Origin: a virus
Taxonomy: Duplodnaviria; Caudoviricetes
DNA: 36,026 nucleotides
Virus record (IMG/VR): IMGVR_UViG_3300030392_000710
Coordinates: 1-36,026 of that record
Reading direction: 5' to 3' (one strand)
Shown here: positions 1-10,986 of the stretch, piece after piece
Position numbering within the stretch: the stretch's first letter is position 1
Layout of the letters: each line of letters starts with the position of its first letter
The notes under the pieces: model-generated
What the model was told of the DNA's origin: nothing
Databases searched by the model: none
Seen by the model: the letters and a program-made list of their open reading frames with translations, nothing else
Made by a program: the position numbers and the translations under genes

Positions 1-1
1 A

Positions 2-160
2 GGCACAGGCGTCAGCGACAGTATACCCGCCATGCTGAGTGACGGAGAATTCGTCATGACTGAACGTGCCGTTAAAGGTGCCGGTAATGGCAGCAGGCGT
101 CAGGGCGCGGCGCGTATGTACGCAATGATGCAAGACTTTGAGGGTAAGCAACATGCCTGA
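2..160 (+). CDS. C-terminal fragment of a phage virion-associated protein (truncated at window edge)
   Basis: Frame 2 reads GTGVSDSIPAMLSDGEFVMTERAVKGAGNGSRRQGAARMYAMMQDFEGKQHA*. The SDSIPAMLSDGEFV motif recurs in phage structural proteins. Not in the ORF track; overlaps the start of the next gene. Confidence 0.75.
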   Translation, partial: GTGVSDSIPAMLSDGEFVMTERAVKGAGNGSRRQGAARMYAMMQDFEGKQHA

Positions 161-1283
161 AGAAAGTTTACAAACGATAGTCTCCCGAGAAGCCCCCGAA
201 GTAGAGGCTTATAAGCTAGGGCTACTAGAACTGGCCAAACAACGAGCGGACATCCCTGTGGACATGTCCGATATGGCCTATAAGACTGCGCCCCTTTCGG
301 ACTTGCAACGCATGGCCATGAGGCGGGCAACAGAGGGGGTGGGGTCTTACCAGCCGTATTTAGAGCAAGGCATGGGGGCGTTGGGCACTGGTGTAGCCAC
401 CGCCGGTGATATAACAGGACTAGGCACCGAGGCCGCTGGCCTATTCCGTGGGGCACCCCAATTTGGTTACGATGCCGCCGCACTGGCTAACCAGCGAGCA
501 TTGGGCGCTATGGGTGGCACCGGCATGTACGACCCTAACGAAGCCGCCGCCTTTATGGATCCTTACCAGACACAAGTCACCCAACAGGCTTTAGAGGAAA
601 TCGACCGACAAGCCGCTAAAGACTTAACTGGTATCAGAGCACAGGGGGTGGGTGCTGGTGCTTATGGTGGTACCCGACAAGCCGTTGCCGAACAGGAATT
701 CCAACGCAACATTAGCGATATAAAAGCACGGCGCATTGCCGAAGACTACAGCCGCAACTACCAACAGGCGTTGGGGGCCTCTATGCAGGGGCGAGAAGCC
801 CAACAACAACGCTTGCTACAGGCGCAGGGGATGGGCGCACAAACCGCACTAGCCGGGGGGCAACTTGGTCTGGCGGGGTTGCAACAGGGGGCTGGTGGCC
901 TTGGGGGCATAGGCAGTCTGTACGGGCAAACCGCTGGCATACTGGGTGGCCTAGGCGAAGCCTACGGAACAATGGGCGCACGGCAGGGGGCATTGCAACA
1001 GGGGGAGAATCAATTCCTCGGCCTGCTGGGGGGCCTAGACCAAGAAACACAACAAAAAGCCATGGATGCCTACCGCCAAACCGCCGTTGGAGAAGCCTAC
1101 GAACCGTTCCAGCGCATAGGGTTCCTAAGCGATATGTACAAGGGTGCGCCCACGAGTGAGTCGGCCATTACGTCTACCACGGCACCGGGCGCAAGCCCCA
1201 TGAATGCTGCGCTGGGCACGGGCATATCGGCGTTGGCGGCGTTTCAGGGGTATCAGAACTTGTTTGGGAATGTAAATCAATAG
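153..1283 (+). CDS. Putative internal virion / DNA-ejection (pilot-like) protein
   Basis: Gly/Ala/Gln-rich ORF with MDPYQTQV...AGAYGGTRQAVAE motif and G/A-rich hydrophobic C-terminus, typical of podovirus ejection proteins. ATG 153 follows GAGGG (the track uses 138). Confidence 0.6.
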   Translation: MPEESLQTIVSREAPEVEAYKLGLLELAKQRADIPVDMSDMAYKTAPLSDLQRMAMRRATEGVGSYQPYLEQGMGALGTGVATAGDITGLGTEAAGLFRGAPQFGYDAAALANQRALGAMGGTGMYDPNEAAAFMDPYQTQVTQQALEEIDRQAAKDLTGIRAQGVGAGAYGGTRQAVAEQEFQRNISDIKARRIAEDYSRNYQQALGASMQGREAQQQRLLQAQGMGAQTALAGGQLGLAGLQQGAGGLGGIGSLYGQTAGILGGLGEAYGTMGARQGALQQGENQFLGLLGGLDQETQQKAMDAYRQTAVGEAYEPFQRIGFLSDMYKGAPTSESAITSTTAPGASPMNAALGTGISALAAFQGYQNLFGNVNQ

Positions 1284-1295
1284 GAACACCGCTAA

Positions 1296-4157
1296 GTGCC
1301 TACCTTAACCCGACCCATGTTTAGTAACCAAGCCCAGAACGGGGGCATTGTAAGCACTTTACCCCCACAGGCACCGGGCATGACCCCAGAGGCACAGACT
1401 TTGCCCCCAGAAGCACGGCCACAGGCGCAGGCACAGGCACAGGGCATGATGGGGTCTGCTCTTCAGGGGCCTATAGATTCAGCCGTGGCCGAAGAAGTAG
1501 CCGCCACCAACATGGAGTTAGACTCTGCCGAAACCGTAGACGAAATCCTTGCCGCCATGGGCGGTACGGCCAGTTCCACAGAAGAGGCCCGCACTGAACT
1601 AGCCACCATAGTTGGCGAACAAGACGCTAACAACACCCCGGAGAGCGTGTTACCCATAACACAAACCACCTTACAGCTTGTAGCGGCGGTGGAGTCTACC
1701 AACGGGCAGGGCGGTTTGGGTAACTTGTTAGGCGCACCCGGTGAGTTAACAGCCAACACCATGGGGACTCCTCTGGGCGACCCCACCAACCCCCTAGCTG
1801 CGCCCACTATGGAAGTACCCGCTGAGGGGTTTCAGCCCGTAGCGGGGTTTTTCCAAGGGGGGCTGAGTGGTACTCCACCAATTTACGGGCCGGGGAGTAA
1901 TCCGTTACTTACCACCGTACCCACTGATGACCCTACCACCTTGCCCGCTGTTAACCCTACCGCTGCCGCTGTTGACCCTACCACTACACCTGTTGACCCT
2001 ACCGCTGCCGCTATTAGTGAGCCTTATGTTCCTCAGTATCCAGCTTTAAGTGGGTGGAGAGGTCATGCACCCAGCGTTTTTCCTCCGGGGGCACAAATGG
2101 ATGAAGCCGGAGCACCTCGACTGGTTAGTTCAGGAACAGGGTGGAATATTCCCTCTGCAACGGCTCGTGGTATAGATGTGGGCAGGATGGAGAATCTTTC
2201 ACAATACTACAAGGATTTTATAACTCCCTCCTTACCAGAAGTAGAACCTGTAGAGGAACGTATAAAAAGAAGAATAGACGCATACGGCGAATATCTGCCT
2301 GATAAGGACAGAACAACCAGAGATATAATAGAAGAACAAAGAGCCGTAATGGGTGAATACTTAACAAAGCCACTCACCTACGAAGAGGCCCTTGCACAAC
2401 GTACAGAAGATTATGGTGATACTCAAAAAGACTTTGAAACTCAAGCATGGTTACACTTGGCCCAATTTGGTGCCCACATAGCCACGAGTAATAAAAGTCC
2501 TTTTTACGCCATTGCCAAGGCGCTTCCTTATCTTGCTGAGGGAATGAGCACGGTGGCTAAAGAAAAAAGTATATTAGACAGAACAATAAGAAAAGAATCC
2601 CGTGATGATGTTAACAGGTTAAAAGAAAACAGAAATCAACAAGAACTGGCGCTGGCCCAAGGGGCATTTGAAAGAGTTAGAGGATTAAAAGATGAATATA
2701 ACACACTGCAAAGAACTCTAAGAGACCAAGCCGTAACCACGTATGAGCATGAAATGTCCGATCTGGCTAAGTTAACTCTTGACTTAGGCACTGGTGCCTT
2801 ACAGTGGGGCCAAGTACTAGCTAGTGAAGAACTCAGCACCCTTATTGATACAGAAAAGCACCGAGATAGTATTGTAGCGACCTATGCCCAAATCCCCGCT
2901 GAATACTATATGAAAGAAAACAAAGAAACAGGAGAATGGGAACCCTTTGCCGGGAGGTTCCTACCACATGGCTTATTTGATTTAGCAGGTAACTACGAAG
3001 CTGATCCTAACATAATAAAAATAGACGCTTCTACGTATGCCGCTCGTACGGGGACTGGACTTATAGACCCACAGAAAATAGACGTTGTTTTGTTTGGCGA
3101 CGAATATGGCGGCGAACAAGGTTGGGAGGTATTTGGGGGCTCCTACGACGGAGGCACTGGTAAGTACTATGTTGACATAGACGGGGAAAACGTACATCTT
3201 GACGAGAATTTTGACTGGGTTCCAGGAGATGCTGATTCTATACAACGAATTGACCACGATGAAACAGGTAGAACATACATAACAAACAAGCACACGGGGT
3301 ACACGCACCAAGTACAACAGAGAAGAAGGAATCCAGAAACAGGGGAAATGGAAATCATCACCGTGACTCCTCGGGCCGGAATAGGGGTGGATGAAAAACA
3401 TCCTTACTCGGAAGAAATGTCACCTTCCACAGTGCCGGTAGAGTTTCAGACCGCAGCAATGCAAGCGGAAATCATGAACTCTATAAATGAATATGAGAGT
3501 GCTTCCATAGCATTAGAAAATCATCTATCAGAAATGATGGACTTTACTGGTCCCGAAGCTGGCTTTAGACGATTGGGTACAGGTATAGCTGCCTTTTTGC
3601 CTCCGGGAAAATGGAACGATTGGTTCACCAACGTAAACACCGAACGAGGCAGAGCTCAGTGGTTATTAGTTACGGAGACTTTGGTTAGGGCGCAGGTGCC
3701 TTCTACCCGGTACCCAGAAGGCCAAGTACAGTATGTACGTAATGAGTTGGGTGAACTACCAAGAATGTTTAGGGAACCAGAAGCAGCCAGAGCAAGATTT
3801 ATGGAACTGTTACGCGAAACCAATAACAATTACTCACAGGCTGTTAGCCGGGTATCGGGTAATCCTTACTATTATCAACATCCGGTGCCTACTGGGGGAA
3901 TAAACGATGCCTTCAACTTTGCTGACCCCCGCGCCCGATTAATGGTACAAGATACCCTAAAAGCCGACGATGAACGAATAAGAGCAACTCTAGAAGATAA
4001 ATGGGTATTTTACCCCGTACCTGAGGGCAAGGACGCACAAGCCAAAGAATATATTGAAAGTAACCCCCAACTAGGTATGCCGTGGAGTGAGCCACAGGGT
4101 AGACAACACGGTAAAGGTCGTGGTATTTGGTATCAAATTCGGCTTCCTAGGAACTAA
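1296..4157 (+). CDS. Large hypothetical protein, probable internal virion protein (953 aa)
   Basis: Long ORF in the structural block with a P/Q/T-rich N-terminus and helical middle; no catalytic motif recognised. Confidence 0.55.
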   Translation: MPTLTRPMFSNQAQNGGIVSTLPPQAPGMTPEAQTLPPEARPQAQAQAQGMMGSALQGPIDSAVAEEVAATNMELDSAETVDEILAAMGGTASSTEEARTELATIVGEQDANNTPESVLPITQTTLQLVAAVESTNGQGGLGNLLGAPGELTANTMGTPLGDPTNPLAAPTMEVPAEGFQPVAGFFQGGLSGTPPIYGPGSNPLLTTVPTDDPTTLPAVNPTAAAVDPTTTPVDPTAAAISEPYVPQYPALSGWRGHAPSVFPPGAQMDEAGAPRLVSSGTGWNIPSATARGIDVGRMENLSQYYKDFITPSLPEVEPVEERIKRRIDAYGEYLPDKDRTTRDIIEEQRAVMGEYLTKPLTYEEALAQRTEDYGDTQKDFETQAWLHLAQFGAHIATSNKSPFYAIAKALPYLAEGMSTVAKEKSILDRTIRKESRDDVNRLKENRNQQELALAQGAFERVRGLKDEYNTLQRTLRDQAVTTYEHEMSDLAKLTLDLGTGALQWGQVLASEELSTLIDTEKHRDSIVATYAQIPAEYYMKENKETGEWEPFAGRFLPHGLFDLAGNYEADPNIIKIDASTYAARTGTGLIDPQKIDVVLFGDEYGGEQGWEVFGGSYDGGTGKYYVDIDGENVHLDENFDWVPGDADSIQRIDHDETGRTYITNKHTGYTHQVQQRRRNPETGEMEIITVTPRAGIGVDEKHPYSEEMSPSTVPVEFQTAAMQAEIMNSINEYESASIALENHLSEMMDFTGPEAGFRRLGTGIAAFLPPGKWNDWFTNVNTERGRAQWLLVTETLVRAQVPSTRYPEGQVQYVRNELGELPRMFREPEAARARFMELLRETNNNYSQAVSRVSGNPYYYQHPVPTGGINDAFNFADPRARLMVQDTLKADDERIRATLEDKWVFYPVPEGKDAQAKEYIESNPQLGMPWSEPQGRQHGKGRGIWYQIRLPRN
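1948..2012 (+). repeat. In-frame 21-nt tandem repeat (3 copies) encoding V(N/D)PT(AAA/TTP)
   Basis: ctgttaaccctaccgctgccg / ctgttgaccctaccactacac / ctgttgaccctaccgctgccg at 1948, 1969, 1990. Confidence 0.85.
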
Positions 4158-4162
4158 TAGCT

Positions 4163-7100
4163 ATGCCTGACGAACCCACCCCACAGCGAGACATAATATT
4201 CGTACCCTCTACCCCCCCTGAGGTAGATCCCGCTGCCGCTAGGCAGGAAGCCTACCGTAGTGCCCCCATGGTTCAACCAGGAATCAGAACCCCCCCTGCT
4301 GCTACAGCAACACAGGCCGAGGCTGAAGGAACTGAACCCCACAGAGATATGGTTCTTGTTGGAGAACGTACCCCTGAGGGGTATTCCCTTTTCGGGGGCG
4401 GTGAGAAGCTGCCTACTACTGGGGTTTCGGGAGGGGTAGCGGAGTCTATTGGGGGAATACTCACCGGGCTTAATGAAGCCATTTTGAGCGTACCAGATTT
4501 AGTAATTGACTCTGCAGTAGAAGGACTAAAAATGGCTGGGTTAGTCCCTAAAGACGCAAATATTCCCAGAAATATGTTGAGTCGCATTATTAACGCAGGA
4601 GATTATGAAACCGTTAATGCTCTTTGGAATGGACCTCTTGGCCAATGGAGTTTTGGTCAGGGAGAATTTATTGGGAAAACAACAGCTCCCGGACGTATGG
4701 GGATGGCCGCAGGGGAAGTAGCATCTTGGGGTGTACCACTAACAGCGGCTTCTAAATACGCCAGCACGGGCTATCAAGCTGCAAAAACGGGTGCCGATGT
4801 TATGCGGCAACAGCTAGCAAGAGAAGCCCAAAGAGAAGGTATTGCTGGGACAGGAAAAATAGCTCAAGCCCGACAATGGTTAAGTGGCGCAGGTGCGGGG
4901 CTCCGTACATTTGCGGCGGAGGCGTTTCCTGCTCGCTTTCTTGGCGGGGACAAATTTGCCGGTGCAGGGAGATTAGCCGCTACTGAAACCATAGCCGGTG
5001 GAATTGGTGGAGCGTATATGCAGGGTGCGGAAGAAATCGTCCCTGGATCTGGCCCGTGGGCACTTGCTGCTCCTATGGCAATTTATGCTGGGGCAAAGCA
5101 GCTCCCTGGAGCTATAGGGTCCTTCCTACAAGGGATAACAAGAGCTACCCCCGCTGGGAGAGCAATTACCTTTTTTAGTGAACAAGCCCCCGAACAAGGT
5201 GGGGGAGCAATAGCTACGGGACTAGCATACGGACAAAGACAGGCTAGAAATATACGTGGGGCACCCATAACAGGGGGTAGAGGAAGAGCTCGAAGATCCA
5301 CACAAGATAAAGTCGACTACGAGCTACAGTTGGAAGAAAACGCTGCCCATACCGCCCGTACCAGAGAGGTACAAGCCGCCATTGAAGAAACAACGGGGGA
5401 ACAACTCGCACTCAGCCCTGCAAGAGTAAGTGGGTCTCGTGCCTTGATAGGAGAAGAAACCAGAGTAGCCAGCACATTGGGGCAAGAATCTGCGGCTGAG
5501 TACAGGGCACTTCAACGAAAAAACTCTCAAGTAGTTGCAGATTTTGTAGATAAACAATTTATGGGTCCGGTAATAGACCCTAACACCGGCCTCCCTATGA
5601 TCAATGCTCACGGGGAGGCCGTTTGGGCACAGCCTTCTTTAATAATAGATGCAGCCACAGGGCGGCTAACACGCTTACAAAGTAGTGTAAGCAGAAACAT
5701 AACCGACGTAGAGTCAACGCTTAGTCATCTCTCTGGAGGTGCAGGGGCACCCGAGAGAACCCTAGCTCTTTCTTCCTTAGAAGAAGGCGCAGGGGCCACA
5801 GGTCGGTCGATACGGCAGCAGGAACAAGTACTAATGGACGCGGCGGAAAAATACACACAAGCGGAAGCTACACGCTTGGGGGTAAACACAAGAACTTCTG
5901 TGGGAGATTTAGGACAACAAACAGTGGATGGTAAGATTATACCCCCAGTAAAAGAAACACTGTTGTCTGAACTAAAAACTGATCCCGACTTTATTAGCTA
6001 CAGAAGACTACCCCCCATAGTACGGGAATTTTTAGAATTTGAATTCCCAAATAACCAAATAAATTTTCAAGACTGGAGTGCTTTCCGTAAACAGGTTACA
6101 AACGAAATGATAAGCCTTAGAGGAGTACCGGGGGCAAGACAAAAGATAAGACAGCTAAACACTTTAAGGGTTTCACTAGATGGCATAAAAAACGGCCCAG
6201 CGGGGCATTTTGGGAGAGCTACGGATAATTACCAAGAATTTTCTCGGATATTCGATCGAGTTCAGGTCTTACCCTTTGAAGGAGGCGTTGTACGTAGAAC
6301 CCTACAAACTGGCCCCGGCACAAGGCCAGCAAGAACAGGTCCGGGAGGAGAAGAACTCCCAGCCGTAACACAATACACCGTTGCTGATGAACATGTAGCC
6401 GCAGCGTACTTGCAGAGTTCTACCACTGCCAGACAATTTATGGACATAGCAAATTCTGAGGCACTTACAGCCGTAGAAAGAAGAAACCTACTCACTGATA
6501 TGAAAGGGGTTATTCTAGACCAAGCTAGAAACTCAAGTGGTGTTTTAAGAGATGGAGTAATAAACCCCGGTAAGCTAGACGACTATGTGCGTAACAACAG
6601 AGAAATGCTAAATGCTATAGAGGTTCCTAACCCCCTATGGAACCCACCGGCCAAACCACCGGAAGTAAGAGGACTAATGGTTGAACAAGCAACAGGTGAA
6701 ACCATAAGACCACTCTTAAACACAACAGATCAGTTTATTCCCGCTTCTGAACTGTTAACCAATGTTTCTCAGCGAAGCGCACACTTAATTGCCCGACAAG
6801 CTCAACTCCACGCACGAGAAGCCTTTATAAACGACACCTTGTTGAATAGAACTCTTAATTCAGTTATGAGAAGATTTGGGGCATCGGAAGTAAAAGGATT
6901 AACAGATGAAGGTAGAACAGCACTCTTAAACACAGCTATAGATCAATCCGTAACTGGTAATCCCACGTTGTTAACAGAAATTGTAAAAAGCGTAAGAAGT
7001 GGGCCAGAAAGTTTCCCAGGAGGGCAACAGGCCCTAAACCGTGCCATTCTTGACCGATTATTTATAAGTTCTTTTTCTAGTCCAGAGGCTCTCGCAGGTT

Positions 7101-7924
7101 CTGCTGGGCAGGCGGCGGGGTTATCGGTTTCTTCACCATTGGTTGCCAAAGATATAACGAGATTTTCTACTTTACTGGGAAAAAACGAAGGAACTTTAAG
7201 AACAGTGATGGGCGACGAACATTTTGAAGATATGTTAGTGGCCCTTGATGCCTTTGATAGAGTATTCAAATTGGGTCCGATAGAGTCGTTTGGGGCGAGA
7301 GGACTTGATAAAGATCATCTAACGGATAAACTTGCGGACATATCTGGAGTTACCCCACAGGGGTGGTCTGCACGTATGATCAATATGTTAGAGCGCCGCG
7401 TAAGTCCCCGCACCACTAGCGTTTGGTTGGCCGCACAGGCTTGGCGAGCTGGGGAGAGCCGCACAGCGGATAAAATAATAGAACAAATTATCTTAAACCC
7501 TGAATTAGCCAAAGCAGCAACCAGACTAGGCCCTAGTGCTTTTTCGGTTACTCCTGTACAAGCAAACCAATTACGTAGACTACTGTACTTAGCGGGGATA
7601 GCTGACCCAAGTGCTTACGAAAGAGCAGAAGTTATGGGTGAATTAAGACCAACTAGAGAAGCCCCCCCAACAGAAACCCTTATAAGATATCCACTAGGAG
7701 AGCAAACACCCCCACAGGTTGAACCCACGGTGCCCGATACACAACCTGTACCAGAACAAGAAGGGCCACCAATAGCCTCGGTGGCACCCAGTCCAACGCC
7801 CCCAACGGGTGCGGTTGGGGCAACGGACTATTCCACCCTGTTCCCCAACGATCCTCTAGGGCAAGCGGTGGCCGAACGTAGGCAACCACGCGATAGATCT
7901 GGAATTATGTCCTTGCTGGGGTAA
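4163..7924 (+). CDS. Large putative internal virion/ejection protein (1253 aa)
   Basis: Long ORF with G/A-rich amphipathic N-terminal third, Pro-rich linker and terminal YSTLFPNDPLG...GIMSLLG motif; last gene of the structural block. Confidence 0.55.
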   Translation: MPDEPTPQRDIIFVPSTPPEVDPAAARQEAYRSAPMVQPGIRTPPAATATQAEAEGTEPHRDMVLVGERTPEGYSLFGGGEKLPTTGVSGGVAESIGGILTGLNEAILSVPDLVIDSAVEGLKMAGLVPKDANIPRNMLSRIINAGDYETVNALWNGPLGQWSFGQGEFIGKTTAPGRMGMAAGEVASWGVPLTAASKYASTGYQAAKTGADVMRQQLAREAQREGIAGTGKIAQARQWLSGAGAGLRTFAAEAFPARFLGGDKFAGAGRLAATETIAGGIGGAYMQGAEEIVPGSGPWALAAPMAIYAGAKQLPGAIGSFLQGITRATPAGRAITFFSEQAPEQGGGAIATGLAYGQRQARNIRGAPITGGRGRARRSTQDKVDYELQLEENAAHTARTREVQAAIEETTGEQLALSPARVSGSRALIGEETRVASTLGQESAAEYRALQRKNSQVVADFVDKQFMGPVIDPNTGLPMINAHGEAVWAQPSLIIDAATGRLTRLQSSVSRNITDVESTLSHLSGGAGAPERTLALSSLEEGAGATGRSIRQQEQVLMDAAEKYTQAEATRLGVNTRTSVGDLGQQTVDGKIIPPVKETLLSELKTDPDFISYRRLPPIVREFLEFEFPNNQINFQDWSAFRKQVTNEMISLRGVPGARQKIRQLNTLRVSLDGIKNGPAGHFGRATDNYQEFSRIFDRVQVLPFEGGVVRRTLQTGPGTRPARTGPGGEELPAVTQYTVADEHVAAAYLQSSTTARQFMDIANSEALTAVERRNLLTDMKGVILDQARNSSGVLRDGVINPGKLDDYVRNNREMLNAIEVPNPLWNPPAKPPEVRGLMVEQATGETIRPLLNTTDQFIPASELLTNVSQRSAHLIARQAQLHAREAFINDTLLNRTLNSVMRRFGASEVKGLTDEGRTALLNTAIDQSVTGNPTLLTEIVKSVRSGPESFPGGQQALNRAILDRLFISSFSSPEALAGSAGQAAGLSVSSPLVAKDITRFSTLLGKNEGTLRTVMGDEHFEDMLVALDAFDRVFKLGPIESFGARGLDKDHLTDKLADISGVTPQGWSARMINMLERRVSPRTTSVWLAAQAWRAGESRTADKIIEQIILNPELAKAATRLGPSAFSVTPVQANQLRRLLYLAGIADPSAYERAEVMGELRPTREAPPTETLIRYPLGEQTPPQVEPTVPDTQPVPEQEGPPIASVAPSPTPPTGAVGATDYSTLFPNDPLGQAVAERRQPRDRSGIMSLLG

Positions 7925-7930
7925 AGGTAT

Positions 7931-9370
7931 TCAAATAAGCCATTCTCGGTAGCCTTCTGCCATTACCTGACTAGCAATGTCTATTTTGCCCCGCAGGGCT
8001 TTTAGTATTTTTTCGTCCACGGTGCCTTCGGCAACTATGTCGATGTAGGTTACTTTGTTTTCTTGCCCTATGCGGTGGGCGCGGTCTTCGCTTTGCAGGC
8101 GTACCTCTAAGTCGTAGCCGTTGCTGTAGTAGATTACGGTTTTGGCTTCGGTTAGGGTCAGGCCGTAGCCTCCTGTGCGGGGCTGGCCAATAAAAAACCG
8201 CAGCGGATGGGCGGGGGTTTGGAACATTTCCACTATTTCTTGCCTGTTTTCTACGGTGGTATTGCCGTAAAAAGTGGTGCAAGAGTCCTTACCGTACAGT
8301 TTTACAAGTTCTTTTTCTATAGTTAGTAGGTCGTTGGTAAAATTAGCCCAGATAATAACCTTGCCCGAAGTCTCCTCCACCACCGAGAGTAACTCCTTTA
8401 GCTTGTTGGTGGGCATGTGTTTTACGGTGCCGTCGTCCATGCGGGCGTACCCACTACATACCTGTTGTAGCCGCAGGATCTGTGTAAGCACGTTAGGGGT
8501 GCTTATTAGGGTGCCTTCTATAACGGCTAGAGCAGCACGCTTTAACGTCGTGTAGACCTCCTGCTGCTGTTTGGTGAGTTCTACGGTGCGTTGCAAGTAA
8601 ACTTTGGGGGGCAGGTCAAGGCAGTCTTCTTTTCTAACCCTGTAGCTAAAGGGAGCAATTATGTTGTTAAGCTCTTCTAGGTTGCGGTACCCCACCACCT
8701 GATTAAACGAATGACTGCCCAAGTTCCGGCGTATCATTTTGGCATACCTGTTCTGAAACGCCCAATAACTCGACTGCGCTAGGCTACTTTCCTCTAAAAA
8801 CTCGCACTGCGTAAACAGGTCTAGTGGGGACTTTGTAATGGGCGACCCCGTGAGTATTCGCTTGTACTTGGCTAGTTTTCCAAGGTTTATTAGGTTCTTG
8901 GTTCTGTTGGCGGTTCTGGTTTTTATGGTGGTGCTTTCGTCCACGGTTAGCAGAACCTGCCACCGCTGCAGGAACAACTTTGCAAAGGCAACGCCTTTTT
9001 TAGTGCTAAAGGCTTCTACGTTTATTAGTAGTATTTTTAGCTCTTCTGGGGAGTCGGTGAACAGTGTGTCCAGTTCTTTTTTCTTTTTTTGTGTGTTCTT
9101 AGGCGACCACGCCACCACATGGTGCAGGATGTGGTCGGGCATGTGTTTGGGGATTTCGTTACGCAGCCAGTTACGGTACACACTCTTTGGGGCAACAATC
9201 ATTGCGGCCTGTATGTGGCCCTTGTCGTAGAGTATGGCGGTGGTGTCTATTAGCACCTTGGACTTACCCGTGCCCATGTCCATAAAAAGGGCGTAATACG
9301 GCTTATACCAAGAGCTTTTTAGGGCTTCCATCTGGTACCCGTAGGGTGTGGACTTAAATTTATACCTCAT
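7931..9370 (-). CDS. SNF2-family (SF2) helicase/ATPase
   Basis: Motifs MDMGTGKS (I), VDES (II), LTGSP (III), GGYGLTL (V), QSEDRAHRIGQ (VI). Confidence 0.92.
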   Translation of the reverse strand: MRYKFKSTPYGYQMEALKSSWYKPYYALFMDMGTGKSKVLIDTTAILYDKGHIQAAMIVAPKSVYRNWLRNEIPKHMPDHILHHVVAWSPKNTQKKKKELDTLFTDSPEELKILLINVEAFSTKKGVAFAKLFLQRWQVLLTVDESTTIKTRTANRTKNLINLGKLAKYKRILTGSPITKSPLDLFTQCEFLEESSLAQSSYWAFQNRYAKMIRRNLGSHSFNQVVGYRNLEELNNIIAPFSYRVRKEDCLDLPPKVYLQRTVELTKQQQEVYTTLKRAALAVIEGTLISTPNVLTQILRLQQVCSGYARMDDGTVKHMPTNKLKELLSVVEETSGKVIIWANFTNDLLTIEKELVKLYGKDSCTTFYGNTTVENRQEIVEMFQTPAHPLRFFIGQPRTGGYGLTLTEAKTVIYYSNGYDLEVRLQSEDRAHRIGQENKVTYIDIVAEGTVDEKILKALRGKIDIASQVMAEGYREWLI

Positions 9371-9432
9371 AACCTTTGCTTTCTACCAAGGCGCACAACC
9401 ATTTTACCAAGGCATTAAGGGAAAAACACACT

Positions 9433-9513
9433 TTTTTACCCCCCTTTTAGGCAGGTAAAGGAGGGGTAATTTTTACCCCCCTTTTAGGCAGGTAAAGGAG
9501 GGGTAATTTTTAC
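9433..9513. repeat. 37-bp tandem direct repeat (2.2 copies), each unit an imperfect hairpin
   Basis: TTTTTACCCCCCTTTTAGGCAGGTAAAGGAGGGGTAA at 9433 and 9470, with a partial third copy at 9507; TTACCCC-CCTTT pairs with AAAGG-A-GGGGTAA. Confidence 0.9.
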
Positions 9514-9699
9514 TTTGCTATATAGGTGGTATATCGGACGAAACGATGTTGTTGAAGTTACCAACTGCCCGCTATACAATATATGACTATACATTAGTGA
9601 ACCTTTTCCGCTACGCGAAGGACAAAAAATAGCTGTACTTTCCAAAGCCTATTTGGTTAATAGCACTACTATATATAAACCTGCCACTAAGGACAGTAA

Positions 9700-10983
9700 A
9701 TGAAGTTTTTAATGCTCCTGTACCAAATACAGGACTACGGCGGCATAATCAACCATGCGGAGCACCTTGCAAAAGGTATAAAAGAAAACGGACACGATAT
9801 AGACTTCTTACAGCTAGTACCAAAAACAGAAGTCCAAAACCGCCCCCGCAAACTAAAAGACGAACACCAATACCGTACCTATGGCACAGGGTATTTGCAT
9901 CATCAGGCACGGGGATGGGCTAATTTACCTAAAGTAGCTTACCTTGGTGAGGAGAATACGCAGCGGTTTAAGGAGCTGTGTTCTACTTACGATGCCGTGC
10001 TGTGGCATATCCCGGTACCCACGCTTAATAAGGACAATAAAAACATATCCGCGTGGCAAGACTTATACAACCACGGCACTAAGAACATAGCCATTATCCA
10101 CGACGGCAACCTGCAAAAGCTGTACCCACACCTGTTGCATGTTTCAAAGCACTTTTATGCCGCCGTATGCGTACACGAAGCCGCCTTTAACTCCGCAGCG
10201 TGTTTGGATATTCCCCGTAAAATGATTCTAAACCCCTTTTGCATAGACAACGTCACCACGTACCGTGACTTTGGCGAACGGTCCGGTTTTGCTGCCGTGC
10301 AGATCTTCAAGGCATGGAAACGAATGCACACCCTAGTAAAAGCAATTCCCCACATGCAAAACACCGAGCAAAAGCTAATCGGTGGCGCGGGTATTGAATA
10401 CCGCTACATGACCAGTGCAGACAAATGCAAGCCACAGTACTACAACGAAGCTGGCGAAAGAATATGGGATGCCGCCCTGCACAACGGTATGCTGTACCAA
10501 GGGGTGATACCTAACAGTAAGGTACACACCTTATTAGGGGGGGTAAAGCTGCAAATAGACCCTAGCTGGTCAGTTAAGTATTCGGGGTATGGGGCGCATT
10601 TTAACCGTACCACTGTAGAGGCAATAATTCAGGGTGCGGTGCCCGTAGCCACCGACTTAGGCATGGCTAACAGTAAGGTGTTTTTAAGAGGCAAAAACTA
10701 CATAGAACTCCCCCATACGGCTACACCAAAGGAATTTGCCGAAATCATAGACAACGCCCTGCTGGACAACACCCAATGGAGCCGCATAAGGGAATATAAC
10801 CTGCTCTTGCGTAAGCATTTTGAACAATGCTACGTGGCTAAACAATACGCTGACCTAGTAACCAGCCTAGACGGCACCATAACGGGCAAACCCGACACAA
10901 TTACACAGGAAGCCTGTAAAAAGAACCTTGGATTCTTCAACATTTTACCAGACACAGACCCCATACAAGCGGGGTTGTTTTAA
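9700..10983 (+). CDS. GT-B fold glycosyltransferase (GT4-like), candidate DNA-modifying enzyme
   Basis: N-terminal YGGIINHAEHL...GHDIDF, IIHDG, and C-terminal FNRTTVEAIIQGAVPVATD resembling the GT4 donor-binding signature; first gene of the replication/modification operon. Confidence 0.7.
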   Translation: MKFLMLLYQIQDYGGIINHAEHLAKGIKENGHDIDFLQLVPKTEVQNRPRKLKDEHQYRTYGTGYLHHQARGWANLPKVAYLGEENTQRFKELCSTYDAVLWHIPVPTLNKDNKNISAWQDLYNHGTKNIAIIHDGNLQKLYPHLLHVSKHFYAAVCVHEAAFNSAACLDIPRKMILNPFCIDNVTTYRDFGERSGFAAVQIFKAWKRMHTLVKAIPHMQNTEQKLIGGAGIEYRYMTSADKCKPQYYNEAGERIWDAALHNGMLYQGVIPNSKVHTLLGGVKLQIDPSWSVKYSGYGAHFNRTTVEAIIQGAVPVATDLGMANSKVFLRGKNYIELPHTATPKEFAEIIDNALLDNTQWSRIREYNLLLRKHFEQCYVAKQYADLVTSLDGTITGKPDTITQEACKKNLGFFNILPDTDPIQAGLF

Positions 10984-10986
10984 CAC

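Noticed and set aside
4163-7924. Virion RNA polymerase (N4-like) that would read hairpin promoters
   Set aside because: Much shorter than N4 vRNAP, no polymerase motifs recognised, and the promoters fit sigma70 spacing.
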